From Camelus ferus (Eukaryota): DNA of 60,000 bases. The stretch is from NCBI RefSeq assembly GCF_009834535.1, contig NC_045697.1, forward strand, positions 3,226,001-3,286,000. Direction: 5' to 3'. The position numbers were made by a program, and so were the translations under genes. The notes under the pieces are model-generated. The model worked only from the letters and a program-made list of their open reading frames with translations, searched no databases and was not told where the DNA came from. Shown piece after piece: positions 34,375-46,059 of this stretch (position 1 is the stretch's first letter; the number at the start of each line of letters is the position of its first letter).

Positions 34375-36746
34375 CAAACACTGATCATATTCATTTAATC
34401 TTTGTTAAAAGCATCACAAATTATTTATTGATTTTTAAAAAGGAAAAGTAAGAAAGAATTGATCGCCTCTCTGTATGTGCATATACGGAGTCTGGGCTCG
34501 ACCTGGTGGAATGGAACATCAGCTGCCCACAGCAGGTGCCGGCTCGCGCCCGGGTGCCCGGGGGTCCCTGCACGTCAGATAGACCCTCAAACGTGTAACC
34601 AGATGACCCCGCAGACCTACGTGTCCATCTATATGGTTACAGGGCAGGAAAAGTGTAAGGTTATAGATGCCAACTCTTCCCCCAAAAGGTTTTTAATAGA
34701 AATAATAACATAAAATACAAGAAAAATACAAAGAGCTAAGGAGAAACCCCACCCAAACAGCGAGAGACGGAGCAGAGGGTCTGGGGAGGTCCAAGGGGTT
34801 TCCACCCGCAGGCCCAGGCGAGCTGGGGGCTGTGTCCCAGGGACTCCGTGCCGGACGGTCCTGATGGGCGTCTGACCCTGGTCTGCTGCTCACCAGACAG
34901 GCCGGGTTGGGTGTGCGGCCGGACACAAGGTTTACTAAGGTGTGTCTGGAGACTGCAGGCGGGCAGGGAGCAGGCAAGGGCCCGGAAAATCCAGCCTCTT
35001 CCCACACAGACCCCCAGCTCCGGTCTCAGGTCCCCTGCCCCAGCCCCTCCCCAAGGAGGGTTTTGAGGACAACTTGCCAGGTGTGATCTGCAGGGGTGGG
35101 GCAGGCAGGGTGGGGAGGGGGATGTCTCTGCGCCTGCCCCTGTGACCTGCAGTGACCCCTTGCGAGCTGGTCTCAGAGTTGCTCTGAGTCCCCACGTGTG
35201 ACCCCAGGGGGCTGGGCTCCAGGGACTCCCCCCCACTCCACAAAGACTGAGAGACTCCTGCGTGTGGGGCGGCCCTGGGCGTGAGGATCCATCCCCGGGT
35301 CCTCCCCCCCCCCCCCAGGCCCTGCTTCTTCTCTAAGGAGGTGGGTTAGCGTCCCCTAGACTTTATTCTGGACTCACCGCGGCCAGCGGGCTCCTAGCCT
35401 GGGCTGTGGTTTCCCCGCCGCTGAGGGGAAGGCCCCGACCACCTGGAAGCCCAGCCTGGGGGAGAGGAGTGGGGGTCCTGATTTTCAGTTTCAAGGCAAA
35501 AGGTGAAAACCCGCCCCCGTATACTCCTGGGGTCCCTGAATCTAAGCATCTGGGAGTGACCGGACTCGCACTGCACGGGGAGCAGAGGGCTGGTTCCTGG
35601 GGTGCCTCTGCTAATTGTCTTGCTGTGTGACCTTGGGAAAGTCACTCCCTCTCTGGGCCTCAGTTTCTGCATCTTCAAAAGGAGGGGCACACTCCTGGTG
35701 GCCCTTCCAGCTCTGCGTCCTAAACCTCTTCTGGTTCCTGGGTTTCTACCCGCGCCCCTCAAACTATGAGGAAGCACAGAACACTCCGCCCTTCCAGAGG
35801 CCGCGCCCCCCCACCCCCACCCCGTGCCCACTAAGACGCGGGGCCCACCGTCGGGAAACGTGCTCGAGGGCGCCACCTACTGGCTGCCTGCAGAAGTGCA
35901 GGCACTGGCTCCCTTGGACCCCCGTGGGCCCCCAAAGGGGAGGGAGGGTGGGGAAAGTGGGGGCCAGGGAGAGCCTTTGCCCGGTGGGCTCCGGGAGACA
36001 AGGCTCCCAGGAGAGGCTGAGGAGCATCCCTGGGTGTTCTAGAAACGGGTTCCCGAGAATGGGGCTATTGCCTGGCGATAAAAATAGGAAGTTGAAAAAA
36101 CCCTCCCCACCAAACGCAAACAGCTACCTAGAGAGGTATTTACATTATCTGCAGTTTAAAAACTGGAGGGACAGCGGGAGGGACTGGATTCTGGAGGGGT
36201 GGATGCCCTGCAGAGAGATGCCATGCGGGCAGGAGCCGCCTTCCTAGGGTTTATGAGGAGGAAAGCAGGGCTGCAGTGTCCCTCTGCAGGGACAGGAGCC
36301 CGCGGTGCAGGGCCGGGTGGGTCTGTGGTTCTGAGAGTGCAGGCAGCCCAGCAGGCTCTTATCCCAGGCTCCAGGGGGGCCCAGCCTCGGCGTGAGGAGC
36401 TGGGCCCAGCCTTGGCTGGGGTGATGTGGTGTGGGCAGCCAGGGTGGCTGAGGACAGAGGAGTGACCAGGGTTTGGGGGGGGGGGTGCAGCCGGGCGGCG
36501 CCATGGGCCTGTGTCCAGGGAGGGTGGGAGCCGGCGGGTCCGCATGTGTCCGCGGGCTGGGCGGGCTTTAACTGGACAGAGGGGGCATCTGTCGCCTTGC
36601 GTGGGCGCAGCTGGAGGTGTCTTTTCCGAGGTCTCTGAGGGGGTGCCAGTCCCAGCCCCAGTGCCGGGGGCATGTGTGGTCCTGTGCTCTCCGCAGGGGA
36701 TGAAGCGACAGACTGGAGAGAGTTCTGGGCGTGGGCCTCTGGTGCA
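34375..36746 (-). other. SORCS2: SORCS2 3'UTR (~2.4 kb, end approximate)
   Basis: Stop codon to an AT-rich block holding AATAAA (34429-34424) and ATTAAA (34399-34394) on the minus strand. Confidence 0.7.
34394..34429 (-). terminator. SORCS2: SORCS2 polyadenylation signals (AATAAA and ATTAAA)
   Basis: tttatt at 34424-34429 and tttaat at 34394-34399 on + within an AT-rich island. Confidence 0.7.
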
Positions 36747-36811
36747 TCAGCTCACCAGGTAGCTGTGCATCTCCCGGGAGTTGATGCTCAGGACCACACC
36801 GGAGTGGTTCC
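36747..36811 (-). CDS. SORCS2: SORCS2 terminal coding segment G-NHSGVVLSINSREMHSYLVS-stop
   Basis: gtttccag acceptor; hand translation equals the recalled human SORCS2 C-terminus; TGA at 36749-36747. Confidence 0.95.
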
Positions 36812-38531
36812 CTGGAAACACAGAGACGCGGGCATGAGCACACGCCCACCCTAGGCCGCAGGGCCAGAAAGAGACGGAGGGCCGTGCGGGACACAGTGTG
36901 GCCTCAGCCAGTGTGCGCGGGTCGTGCCTGGACGCAGGTGCGGAGGTGGTGAGGGTCTCTGGGCTTCCTGGGCGGGTGCCTGAGGGTGGGATCTCCCGGT
37001 GTTGTCACAAGCAGTGGACCCAGAGGGCCACTGGGGGTGAGGCTGCCACCCACCACACCCACTGACCTGCAGGGAGGCTGCCCTGGGCATCGGCAGCAGG
37101 GGGATGTAGGAGGGGCCGGGTCCCCCCCTGGCGGGGGGTGCTGCAGGATGGCACGGCCAGGCGAGGCCCCGGGAGGCGGCGGGAGAGAGAAGGGCACAGT
37201 CAGGGTCAGAGACGCCAGGGTTAGCTGGGGGTCCTGGCTGAGATCTGACATCAGGGGTGGAGGAAGCAGCCGAGAGCATCCAGCGAGGCTGCGGGGGTAC
37301 GGGGTCATGAGCCCCAGTTGCCGGGTGAGCCCTCATTAAGGCCCATCACCTGGCGGCCTCAGTTTTGTCATCTGTAACTTGGGGACAGTAATGGTGCCTC
37401 CTCTGAAAGACTGTGATGGGGCCCAGCAGGGAACTGCACCTGCGGATTTGGGCAGGGCCTGGAGCAGGCCAAGTGCTCCAGTAAACAATGCACTATTATT
37501 ACTATTATTGCTCTTGGGGGCTCTCAGCAAACAGCTGCGGGGGCAGGAGAGCGGAACTCCTGTCTTCCCAGGACGCCCACCCCTCTGCCCAGGCTTGGGA
37601 AGCCTGGGTCCACAGGGAGCCTCAGCTGCCACCTCTCATGTGGGGTGTGACACCACCTGATGAAGGTGGGGGCCGGGCCATGCCGGAGGCTCTCCAACCA
37701 CCCCTGCCCGGGGCGGCAGAGGGATGGGGCAGAGGGGTCCTTGGGGATGTGCAGGGAGCTGCCCTGAGCCTGGGGCTGCAGCCTGGGGGAGGGGCACAGG
37801 CTTTGGCTCCACCTCACTAGGGACTCGGGGAGGTTGAGTGGCCGTTCTGAACCTCGGCTGTCTCATCTGTCAAGCGGACACACGGCCAGTGCCTGCCTCC
37901 CAGGCTGGTCATCAGATCGTGTTGGGGGTCACTGGGCCTGCTCCTGGTGTGGAGTGAGGGGTTATTGTGTTCGAGGGGCTACAGATCCACTGGTCTGAGG
38001 ATCTCAGCTGGGCTGGTGGGTGAAGGGATGATGGGGCCATTGTGCCAACAGTCAGGGATCCCACCAAGGTCGGGGAGCCAGAGGAAGGGCGGGGGTCTGC
38101 TTCTTGACCACTCTCGGGAGAAACTGTGGGACCCGGGCTTCGGGGCCAGGCCGGCCTGGGTTTGGATCCAAGGCCAGCCACTGTCTTGCTGTGCCTCCTG
38201 GGTGACTGACAACACCTCTCTGAGCCTCACCTCCAGCCATTTAAGAGGTGAGGATGGCAATTTCCACCTCTCACGGTTCCAGGGACACCAGGTACAGGTG
38301 TGAAAGGATAGAAGGACAGCAATACACAGGCGTCCACAGGTCTGATTTAGTCCCCACAGCAGCCCCAGGGCTCTGGTCATCACCTCGTCGGACAGAGAGG
38401 ACACATCACAGGGTCTGCCTGGCCCCAGGTCAGAAGGCGGCGGGGGGGACACGGGAGGGCAGGGAGGCGGGTTTCGGGGAGGGCGTTACCTAGAGTCTGT
38501 GGGTGGAGGTCATCATCTATTAACCCCTCAC

Positions 38532-38635
38532 CCTGGATGGCGCTCTGCGCGCCCTGGCTGCGGCTCACGGGGCTGGTCATTTCCTGCTCCTTCTCGTTGT
38601 GCATCTGGGCATACACGGTCCTGCCGGGGCGTTTC
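38532..38635 (-). CDS. SORCS2: SORCS2 cytoplasmic-tail exon (R-KRPGRTVYAQMHNEKEQEMTSPVSRSQGAQSAIQ)
   Basis: cacag acceptor, G|gtgagg donor; YAQM YxxPhi motif; an alternative donor extends the exon to 38490. Confidence 0.95.
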
Positions 38636-41123
38636 CTGTGGGCAGAGGTGTGGCTCAGGGCTCTGCCCAGGACGCTGCCCTGCGGGCCCCAAACCACCCC
38701 TGTGCCTGGTGCTGACAAAGCTCCTGGGTCTGTCTCCTGCCCTGCCTCTGCTCCAAGCCACCTCCTCCAGGAAGCCCTCCCTCCTGTGAGCTCCCAGCAA
38801 GTGGAGTGCTCACTGTCCATCTGTCTCCTCTGAGAGCACGCTGCAGGGAGAGGGTAGTTTATCCTCCTTCATGTCCCTGTCACCTGGCACCTCTGGGAAA
38901 GCCACGTCCTGAGCTCTGGCCGGGTTGGCAGGTATGTGTTCCCAGGCAGCACAGGACACTGACTGGCTCTGAGAGGACTTTGCTGAGTCTTGTCTGGGTC
39001 CCAGGGCTGTGTTGTCCTCCCGTTCCCTCCTCTCCAGGGGCACAGGGAGAGGAGAGCTGGGATGGGGCTCAGGGCCCCCTGGGCCAGGCTCCTTTATGTC
39101 CAACATCCCAGTTAGTTGGAGCAAATGGCCCCATTTTACAGATGTGGGAACTAAGACTCTAGTGGGAGAACCAAACATTGACAGTTTTCTGGAAATATTT
39201 AGATGGCAGGATGCACACCCAGGCCCCAGGGTGGGTGGGGCTGTGATTGGTCCCAGGGGACTGTGGTACTTGGTGGCTGTAAACCTCTGAGACTTGGGGG
39301 CTAGTTCTTATGCAGCCAGGCCCAGCCCATGCCGGCTGATACGCCAACCAGGAAAGCCCATCTCTCTGGGCTCCACAGGCCATGTCAGAGCCTAAAGCCT
39401 CAGGACAGCTGGGGCATTTCTCTGCTGCCCAGCTCCTGTCTGCTCTGCTCTCCTGCCCTGGGGGACCTAGTGCTCCAGGGGAGCGCACTTACCCCATAAT
39501 TGTGCTCCACTGTTTCCACGGCAGCCTGCCTCCTCTCCACCTCCCCCCTCCCCCCGAATGACTAACTCAGTACTAAGCCCTCAGTGCACGGGGCACCAGG
39601 CTGGCCACTTACACCCTCCCCTCTCTCTTCTGGGCCTGACTCAAGGTCCTCCCCTTCCTCCTCCTTCCCCCTCCTCCAGATGCATGGCAGCAGGTTCCCT
39701 CTGGACCCTTTATGCTGCACACGATAAATCCGAAGCAATTTGTGGAAACTGCAGTCCAGCCCTCAGAGGGTCTGAAGAACGCCATTTAAAGAGACCAAAA
39801 TCCTGCCCCATTCCCCCAACCTGCCAGGCCTGCCTTCCGCTTCCCGGGCAGTTCCTGCCGCCCTGCAACCCTCAAGTGCGCCTGGGGAAGCCCAAATGGG
39901 CATCTGCACCCAAACTGAGGTCGGAGGAGAAAGAGAAAGGGGCGGGGGAGGGGGCAACTCTGGCCTCCAGCCATTGCCTCCAATAAGGCTCTGACCTGGG
40001 AGGCGGCACCTAACCTGTTCTCAGCCCCTGGGGACCCCCACACCCGGGGCCTGCGTCGGCCGAGCCTGAGCTGGGTCTCAGACGCGTGGTGACAAGGGAG
40101 GAGGGCATCGTAGGGTGCCTGCAGGGGCTGGGGGGCTGCGTCTGCTCCTGCCCCCCCACCCCTCCCCTCCCCCCTACTTAGTCCTTCTTTTACAGATGAG
40201 GAAACTGAGGCTCAGGGAGGGGAAGAGACTGGCAGGGGCCACAGAGCCGGTCAGCAGCGGGTAGAATGGGGTCTTCGATGCTGACCCAGACCTACGGCCG
40301 TCTGGGCTGCCCCACAGGTTGGGGGCTGTTACTCAGAGTCAAGGGTGCTTGAGGACAGAGCCCCAGAAGGGTCCAGGGCTGAGGGAAGAGTGGGCTGGAG
40401 GAGGGACCCTTGGCCTCAGAGGAGCATGGAGTGGAGAATGAGCCGAGTTTCTCCACTGTCCCCAAGGGCGCGCTCGCCCAGGGAGACCCTGAGGCCGCTG
40501 GAGCTGAACCAGCAAGACGGGGAGAAACAGTGGGGTCAGATCTCGCCACTGCATTTTGCAGGAAGTAAGTCTGGTGACACTGCTTGGCTGTTATGCGCAT
40601 TCCCAGGTCCAGAATCCAGGTGAGTTCAAATTCACCAGCCCCTTGGAGGTGCCCACAAGTAGTTCCAGCACAGTGGGTTACTAAACCCATTTTACAGATG
40701 CAGACCAAGGTCAGAGGGGAAGAGAGGCACTGCAACCCCTCCTGATGACTTGCTACCCCGCCCCTCCCACCCTGGGGGTCCTTGTGCAGCCCCTCTGTCT
40801 GGATGCAGGAGCTCTCAGGGAGACGGGGTGGACGAGTGATGGAGAAAGCGTGGAGGGGCACAGCCCGAGGTCGGACCCCTACTCCTTCCTCCTCAGCTTT
40901 GTGGGCCCTGGGCACGTTGTTTAACCTCTCTGAGCCTGGGTTTCCTCATCCGTCAAATGGGCGTGGCCTCAGTGGGTGGAGAAGAGAGGAGGATGGAACC
41001 AGGGAGGGGTCCAGACAAGGCCCCTCCCCACCCACAGCCCACCACAGGCCCTCATGACCCTCTGAGGCCCTGCTGGGAAGCTGAGCCCAAGGCTCAAGAT
41101 CAGCCCAGGGAGGGAAGCCTTGC

Positions 41124-41226
41124 CTTTTGAACTTGTAGAGGATGAAGGCCCCCACCGCGAAGAGCCCGATGACAAAGAGGACCGCCACCGCCCAGTAGCC
41201 GCCACCTCCTCCCAGCCTCGGAGAAT
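41124..41226 (-). CDS. SORCS2: SORCS2 transmembrane exon (DSPRLGGGGGYWAVAVLFVIGLFAVGAFILYKFK), GC donor
   Basis: ttgttctcag acceptor; hydrophobic TM helix followed by YKFKR; donor AAG|gcaagg. Confidence 0.93.
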
Positions 41227-41809
41227 CTGAGAACAAAGCAGGCCGTTAGCGGTCACCGTGGCACCCCGCGGCCTCCCTAGCTGGGAGGACGGCTCCCCTG
41301 ATCTGGCAGGTTCTTCAGGCCTGGGTGTGGCTGGGAAGTGTGGGCAGATTTTACAGGATGAGGGGTCACGCTCTGCAGCTGCGGCCTTGGAGGAAAACCC
41401 CGCCCTGGCCCCCAGGTCTCCCGCTGTGTAAACCCCAGCCCTGGCCACACGCCTGCGACGGCCGGAACTCCTCCGCCCAGACCTGCACTGTGCGGGCAGG
41501 GCTCTTCACAGGAGCAGAAGGCAGCCCTGCAGCTTCTGCGAAGCTCCTTGCCCCGCAGAGGGGAGGACAGTCCATGGGGGCGGGGGCAGAGACAAACGAA
41601 AACAAAAGCTCCGTGTTGCCTCTGCCAGGAGGCACAGTGGGGCCCTTCAGTCTGGCCGGGTTTCAACCGGGGCGACCACCCAGCCAGGAGGAGCATGTGG
41701 GCTGCGGAGGGGGCCCTCTGCTCCCCCCCCCACAGTGACGGGCATTGTCCGAGGGGCCGGGACGCACGCGCACCCACCCTGCAGGGCGAGCCCAGGCCAG
41801 GCCTCTCAC

Positions 41810-41910
41810 CTGTGTCCACGTCCTCTCATGGCCACCAGGACCCGGACCCCACCTCGCAGAAGGAAGCTGATCTTCTGTGCGTTCAGCGCCTGCTGGATGG
41901 CCGTGAGCCT
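41810..41910 (-). CDS. SORCS2: SORCS2 exon (RLTAIQQALNAQKISFLLRGGVRVLVAMR...), 101 nt with an apparent +1 frameshift near its 3' end
   Basis: tttcag acceptor, CAG|gtgaga donor; matches SORCS2 RLAAIQQVLNAQKISFLLRGGVRVLVALRD; exit phase conflicts with the next exon. Confidence 0.9.
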
Positions 41911-42734
41911 CTGAAAGCACAGAGAGGGGGTGTGGGGGCCTCAGAGACCCATCCGGGGGAGCAGGACAGCCGGACAGACGTCCACCCCAACTCTCTTGCG
42001 CCGTGGGCCTGGGAGGGCCACTCAGCCTTGCTTGGCCTCAGTCGCCTCAGCCATAAAATGGGAATGCTGGCCACCAGCCAGCTCTCACCAAGAACCTACA
42101 ATGGGACGCGAGGTGACCCAGACGGGGCCCTGCCCTCAGAGAGGTTCAGTTCAGTCCGGACCATGGAGTTGGGGAAACCCAGGGATGTTCCAGGAGGCCC
42201 CCAAGCCCGGACGTCATCAGAAAAGGCTTCTTGGAGGTAGAAGACCAAGAAGAGGACAAGATGGGGACAGGACAGGTGACCCAGGCAGGCGAGTGACCCC
42301 ACACCCGAGGCGGAGAAGCCCCGGGAGGTGCCGTTGCTGGATCATGTGCGGGGGAGCAGCTGGCCTCTGGGGCGCCCAGCTGGTTGGCAACTCACAAGGG
42401 GTGTTCAGAAGGGAACCTATCAGCCCAGGTGGGTGTCAGGTGTCACCCTTCTGCACGGGTGGGTGCAGAGGTGCTGGGGAAGGAGGCCCTCCGAGGGATG
42501 GCGGTCCCCGCGGCTGCCTGGTCCAGGGCCTCAGGGAGGACATGCCTGGGGGGGCCTCTGCTTACCGCCTCCCTGAGCAGCGTGGTAGCACCTGCCATTC
42601 CACGAGGACTGTTCCCCGCTCACGGGACCGATGGTCCTGAGTCAGGGACCGTGTAAACAAGAAGCCACCAGCCCCAGACTTGAAGGATCTGGAAGACCCC
42701 TGGTTCTGCCCTTGCCCTCATGGCCCGGAGGGGT

Positions 42735-43260
42735 CCCCTAGCTTCCTGTTGTCCCGCTGTCCCTATGGGTTTGCCGGGCTGCACATTTCATACAGATGGA
42801 ACCACACGATCTGTGGCTTTCTGTCCCGGCGTTCTTTCCCTGAGCGTCGTGTGTCCGAGGCTCATCCGAGTTGCAGCAGGTAGTAGAACTTCACCCCTTC
42901 TGCGGCTGAATAATAGTCCGCGGTGTGGTCACCTTCTGCTTATCCTCTTATCTGCGGGGGGGGGGGGCATTTGGGTTGTTTCCACCTCGGGGATGTTATG
43001 ACTGACGTCGCCATGAACCTCGGCGCGCACGCGTGCGTGTGGACACACATTTCCAGCTTTCTCGGGTACACCCGGGGCTGGGGCTGCGTGTCACACGGTA
43101 ACTCTGTGCTGAACGGTTTGGAGACCCGCCAGACCGTTTCCATGGTGGCCGCACCTTTCACATGCCCCTCCCCAGCAGTGAACAAGGGGACGGCTCCTCC
43201 ACGCGCTCGCCTGCGCTAGTTACTGTCTGCTTGTTAAGGAAGTACAGCCTCCCTAGAAGG
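42735..43260 (-). mobile_element. L1M (L1MB-like) LINE fragment
   Basis: catttcatacagatggaaccacacgat...gctgaataatagtcc...catttgggttgtttccac. Confidence 0.75.
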
Positions 43261-43671
43261 CGTGCAGTGCTTCTGATTCGTGGTCGAGTCTCCAGCTCAG
43301 CTGGATGGGGGCTGGTATCTGCTCTGTCCTGGAATCCATGCTCGGGGGGTCTCCTGGACGGTGTCTGCCCACTTTCCAGTGGCCCTTGCTGTGAGGTGGG
43401 GGTGGTGCGGCCAGCTGAGCTGGCACGCCCCCTGGGAATTCATCGAGCCTGGTTCCCTGGTCCCCCCCTATTTCCACATCACTGTGACCTTGGAGGCCAG
43501 AGGCTGTAGCCACAAGGGGGTGGAGGGCGGGCTGCCTGCATCCGACAGTGATGGGCCAGAGGTAAGCTTTTACGTGACGGTGAGCCTCTGAGGTCCCCCT
43601 GCTTGTGGGGATGACCACCAGACCCTCAGCGGTGGGCGGAGGGAGGACCGCAGTCCGGTGGCCACAGGTAC

Positions 43672-43797
43672 CTTGTCGCCTGTGGGGCTCCTCTTCCTCG
43701 TGGGCCTGGGAGGGGGCAGGAGCACATGCAGGTCGGCCGAGGTGGGCAGCCCCGGCTTTACAACGGTCACCAGCAGCTCTTCAGGGATGCTGGTCTC
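43672..43797 (-). CDS. SORCS2: SORCS2 juxtamembrane exon carrying the two-chain cleavage motif (ETSIPEELLVTVVKPGLPTSADLHVLLPPPRPTRKRSPTGDK)
   Basis: 126 nt, phase 0-0; RPTRKR/S basic site. Confidence 0.95.
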
Positions 43798-44752
43798 CTG
43801 CGGGGACACAGAGAGCCACTCTGATCGCCTGCCTTCTCTGTCCCCTGCCACACTCCAGGGCCCCCAGGAACACCCTCTCTCCCTACTTGGCCTATTAAGT
43901 CCCAGCCATGCCTGACCCTTGCACACCATGGGGATGGTCCCAGCATCCTGAGGTGTCCCTCAGCCTTTTGCCTCCACATCAGCCTCTGCTCGGCCAGGCC
44001 CACCCCTGCAGTTCATTCCTCACACGGTGGCCAAGGTGAGCAGGCCCCTCCCTGGCGACATCTTCCTAGGGGTCAGGACTCCTGAGCATATAATTCTCTC
44101 AACCCACAAAGCTTATGCAGGTCCCTCTGCCTCCTGGAAGTCCCACTCCATGCACATTCATCTGGCAAACTCCTGTTCATCCTTCAATGCCCAGGACAAT
44201 GTTACCAGCATTATTAATGGGCCAAAGGGCGGCATGGTCGGGGTGGGCCTCAGCCTGCGACAGCCTTAGATGACTCTAGGGGGCTTGAGGGCCAAGGGCT
44301 TCGAGGGCCTGACGCACAGCCTTTGCTTTCTGTGAGCTCCCGGAAGATACCAATCACCCTGAGTCCTCGCTCCATAGCGAGTATGCAGCCCAGGAGAGAA
44401 ACCCAGTGAATCAATGAAAATCACTTTAAAGAGATTCTGGACCATTGAGGGACAGCAGCTGTGTCTTGGGCAAGCAGCTGGTGCTCACTAGATGTGCATG
44501 GAGGGAGCAGTCATGTCCCTACCCTGCAAAGTGACAGTCCAGCTATGTGTCCCCCAGGGCCAGGTAAGCGGCCCTAAATGGCTTCCAAGCACTGTCGTCA
44601 GCCGCCCTGAAGGCCAGATCACTGGAACTGCAGGGCAGCCCACCTGTCCTCCCCTGCCCTGCCCTGGGGGCTCCGGCCCCACCCCAGCTTCTCTGAGGCA
44701 CCCACAGCCCATAGGTGCTGAAGTGGCTCTGCCGCTGGTGGGCGGGGGGCAC

Positions 44753-44865
44753 CTTGGAGAGGAGTCGGGACACCACCAGGCCAACGTCCTCTCTCCACTC
44801 AGGGGTGTTGGGATTGTGGGCGTCCAGGTCCTTGGAAAACTGCAGAGGCACCACCTGAAATTGAT
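44753..44865 (-). CDS. SORCS2: SORCS2 exon (D-QFQVVPLQFSKDLDAHNPNTPEWREDVGLVVSRLLSK)
   Basis: cttcttctcag acceptor, AAG|gtgccc donor; NPNTPEWREDVG SorCS motif. Confidence 0.95.
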
Positions 44866-46059
44866 CTGAGAAGAAGCAGAGACAGGGGATCTGGTCAGTT
44901 CCGGGCACCCGGCTCTGCTTCCTCCGTGGAAGGTGGCCACACCCCTGGACGGCCTGGGACTGGTCCTGGGTTTGGACCCTGTGGCCCACTTTTGGAAAAC
45001 AAGATTCCTCCCTGTCTGTGCACCAGCAGCTGTCCCAGGCAGACCCATGTCACTGGCTGCCGTTTAGTAATAATACAACGACAAGGGCACAGAGATGGGG
45101 TGGTGAGGGCACGGCACTGACCTGGGAGGGCGCCCGGCACGCGCCAGCCTGTGAGACCTGCCCCGTGAAACCTGCCCCATCAACTCGCAAGGGCAGACAC
45201 ACCCTACGAGGTTGGCCTCCCGTCCCTCAGGGGTCCACGGACTTTGGGCTGGTCCCCCCAATGGAATAAGAGTCCCCTGAGAGCAGAGGCCCCACCTTCT
45301 CTTTCTCTCTCATTTCCCAGGGTCCCCAACTCAGACACCTGTTCGAGGACCACCAGCAGCGGGTGGTGAAGCGACCCCTGCACCAGGAGCCTCAGAGCTC
45401 ACTGTAATCTCTCCATTTAGCTCCTGAGCCTCTGTGTCCTCCTTTGTGAAGACGGAGGCTTTGCGGGGATGAGCAGCGCAAGGCACAAGTGTGCTGTGAA
45501 CTATGAACTCAGCATCTTGCCGTGCGGTGGAGATGATTGCTTCAGGGCTCAGGGCCAGGGGTGCACGTGTTTGTGAATGAAGGAACGGGTGGGGGCAAAT
45601 ATTTAACTGATGTCTGCTGTCCACAGGAGAGGCTGTTTTTAACGTGAAATGAGGTTTTACGGGTGTGACAACAGCAACATGACACTGGGCGGGGAGGGTC
45701 TTGTCCATTCATTGTGAATGTCTCCCCCCAGGAGGGGCGTGGAGCCCCCGTGAGCACAGAGCAAGGGGACCCAGGCTCAACAGGACGCTCGACCACGTCG
45801 GCATCATGAGTCCTCCTAAGGTCAGACAGTCACGTGACAGTCCTCGGGCCTGGCTCCTGGGAGGCAGGCGGTCCGGTGCCAGTCCCGGCCCTGTTGTTGC
45901 GGGGGGGCCTTCTGACGTCCCTCAGCCGCGTGAGTGCCGAGGGAGGCCAGGGGCGGCAGGGCTGCACACGCCAGCCCCTCTGCCCGGCCCGCCCCCACGC
46001 TGAGGCGCCTGAGAAGGAGGGGATACGCTGCCCGTCCCAGGGCGGGTGGGGGGACTCAC

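Noticed and set aside
38636..38645. Tandem NAGNAG acceptor that might insert a Ser in the SORCS2 tail
   Set aside because: The sequence is cccacag|G with a single AG, so no such site is present
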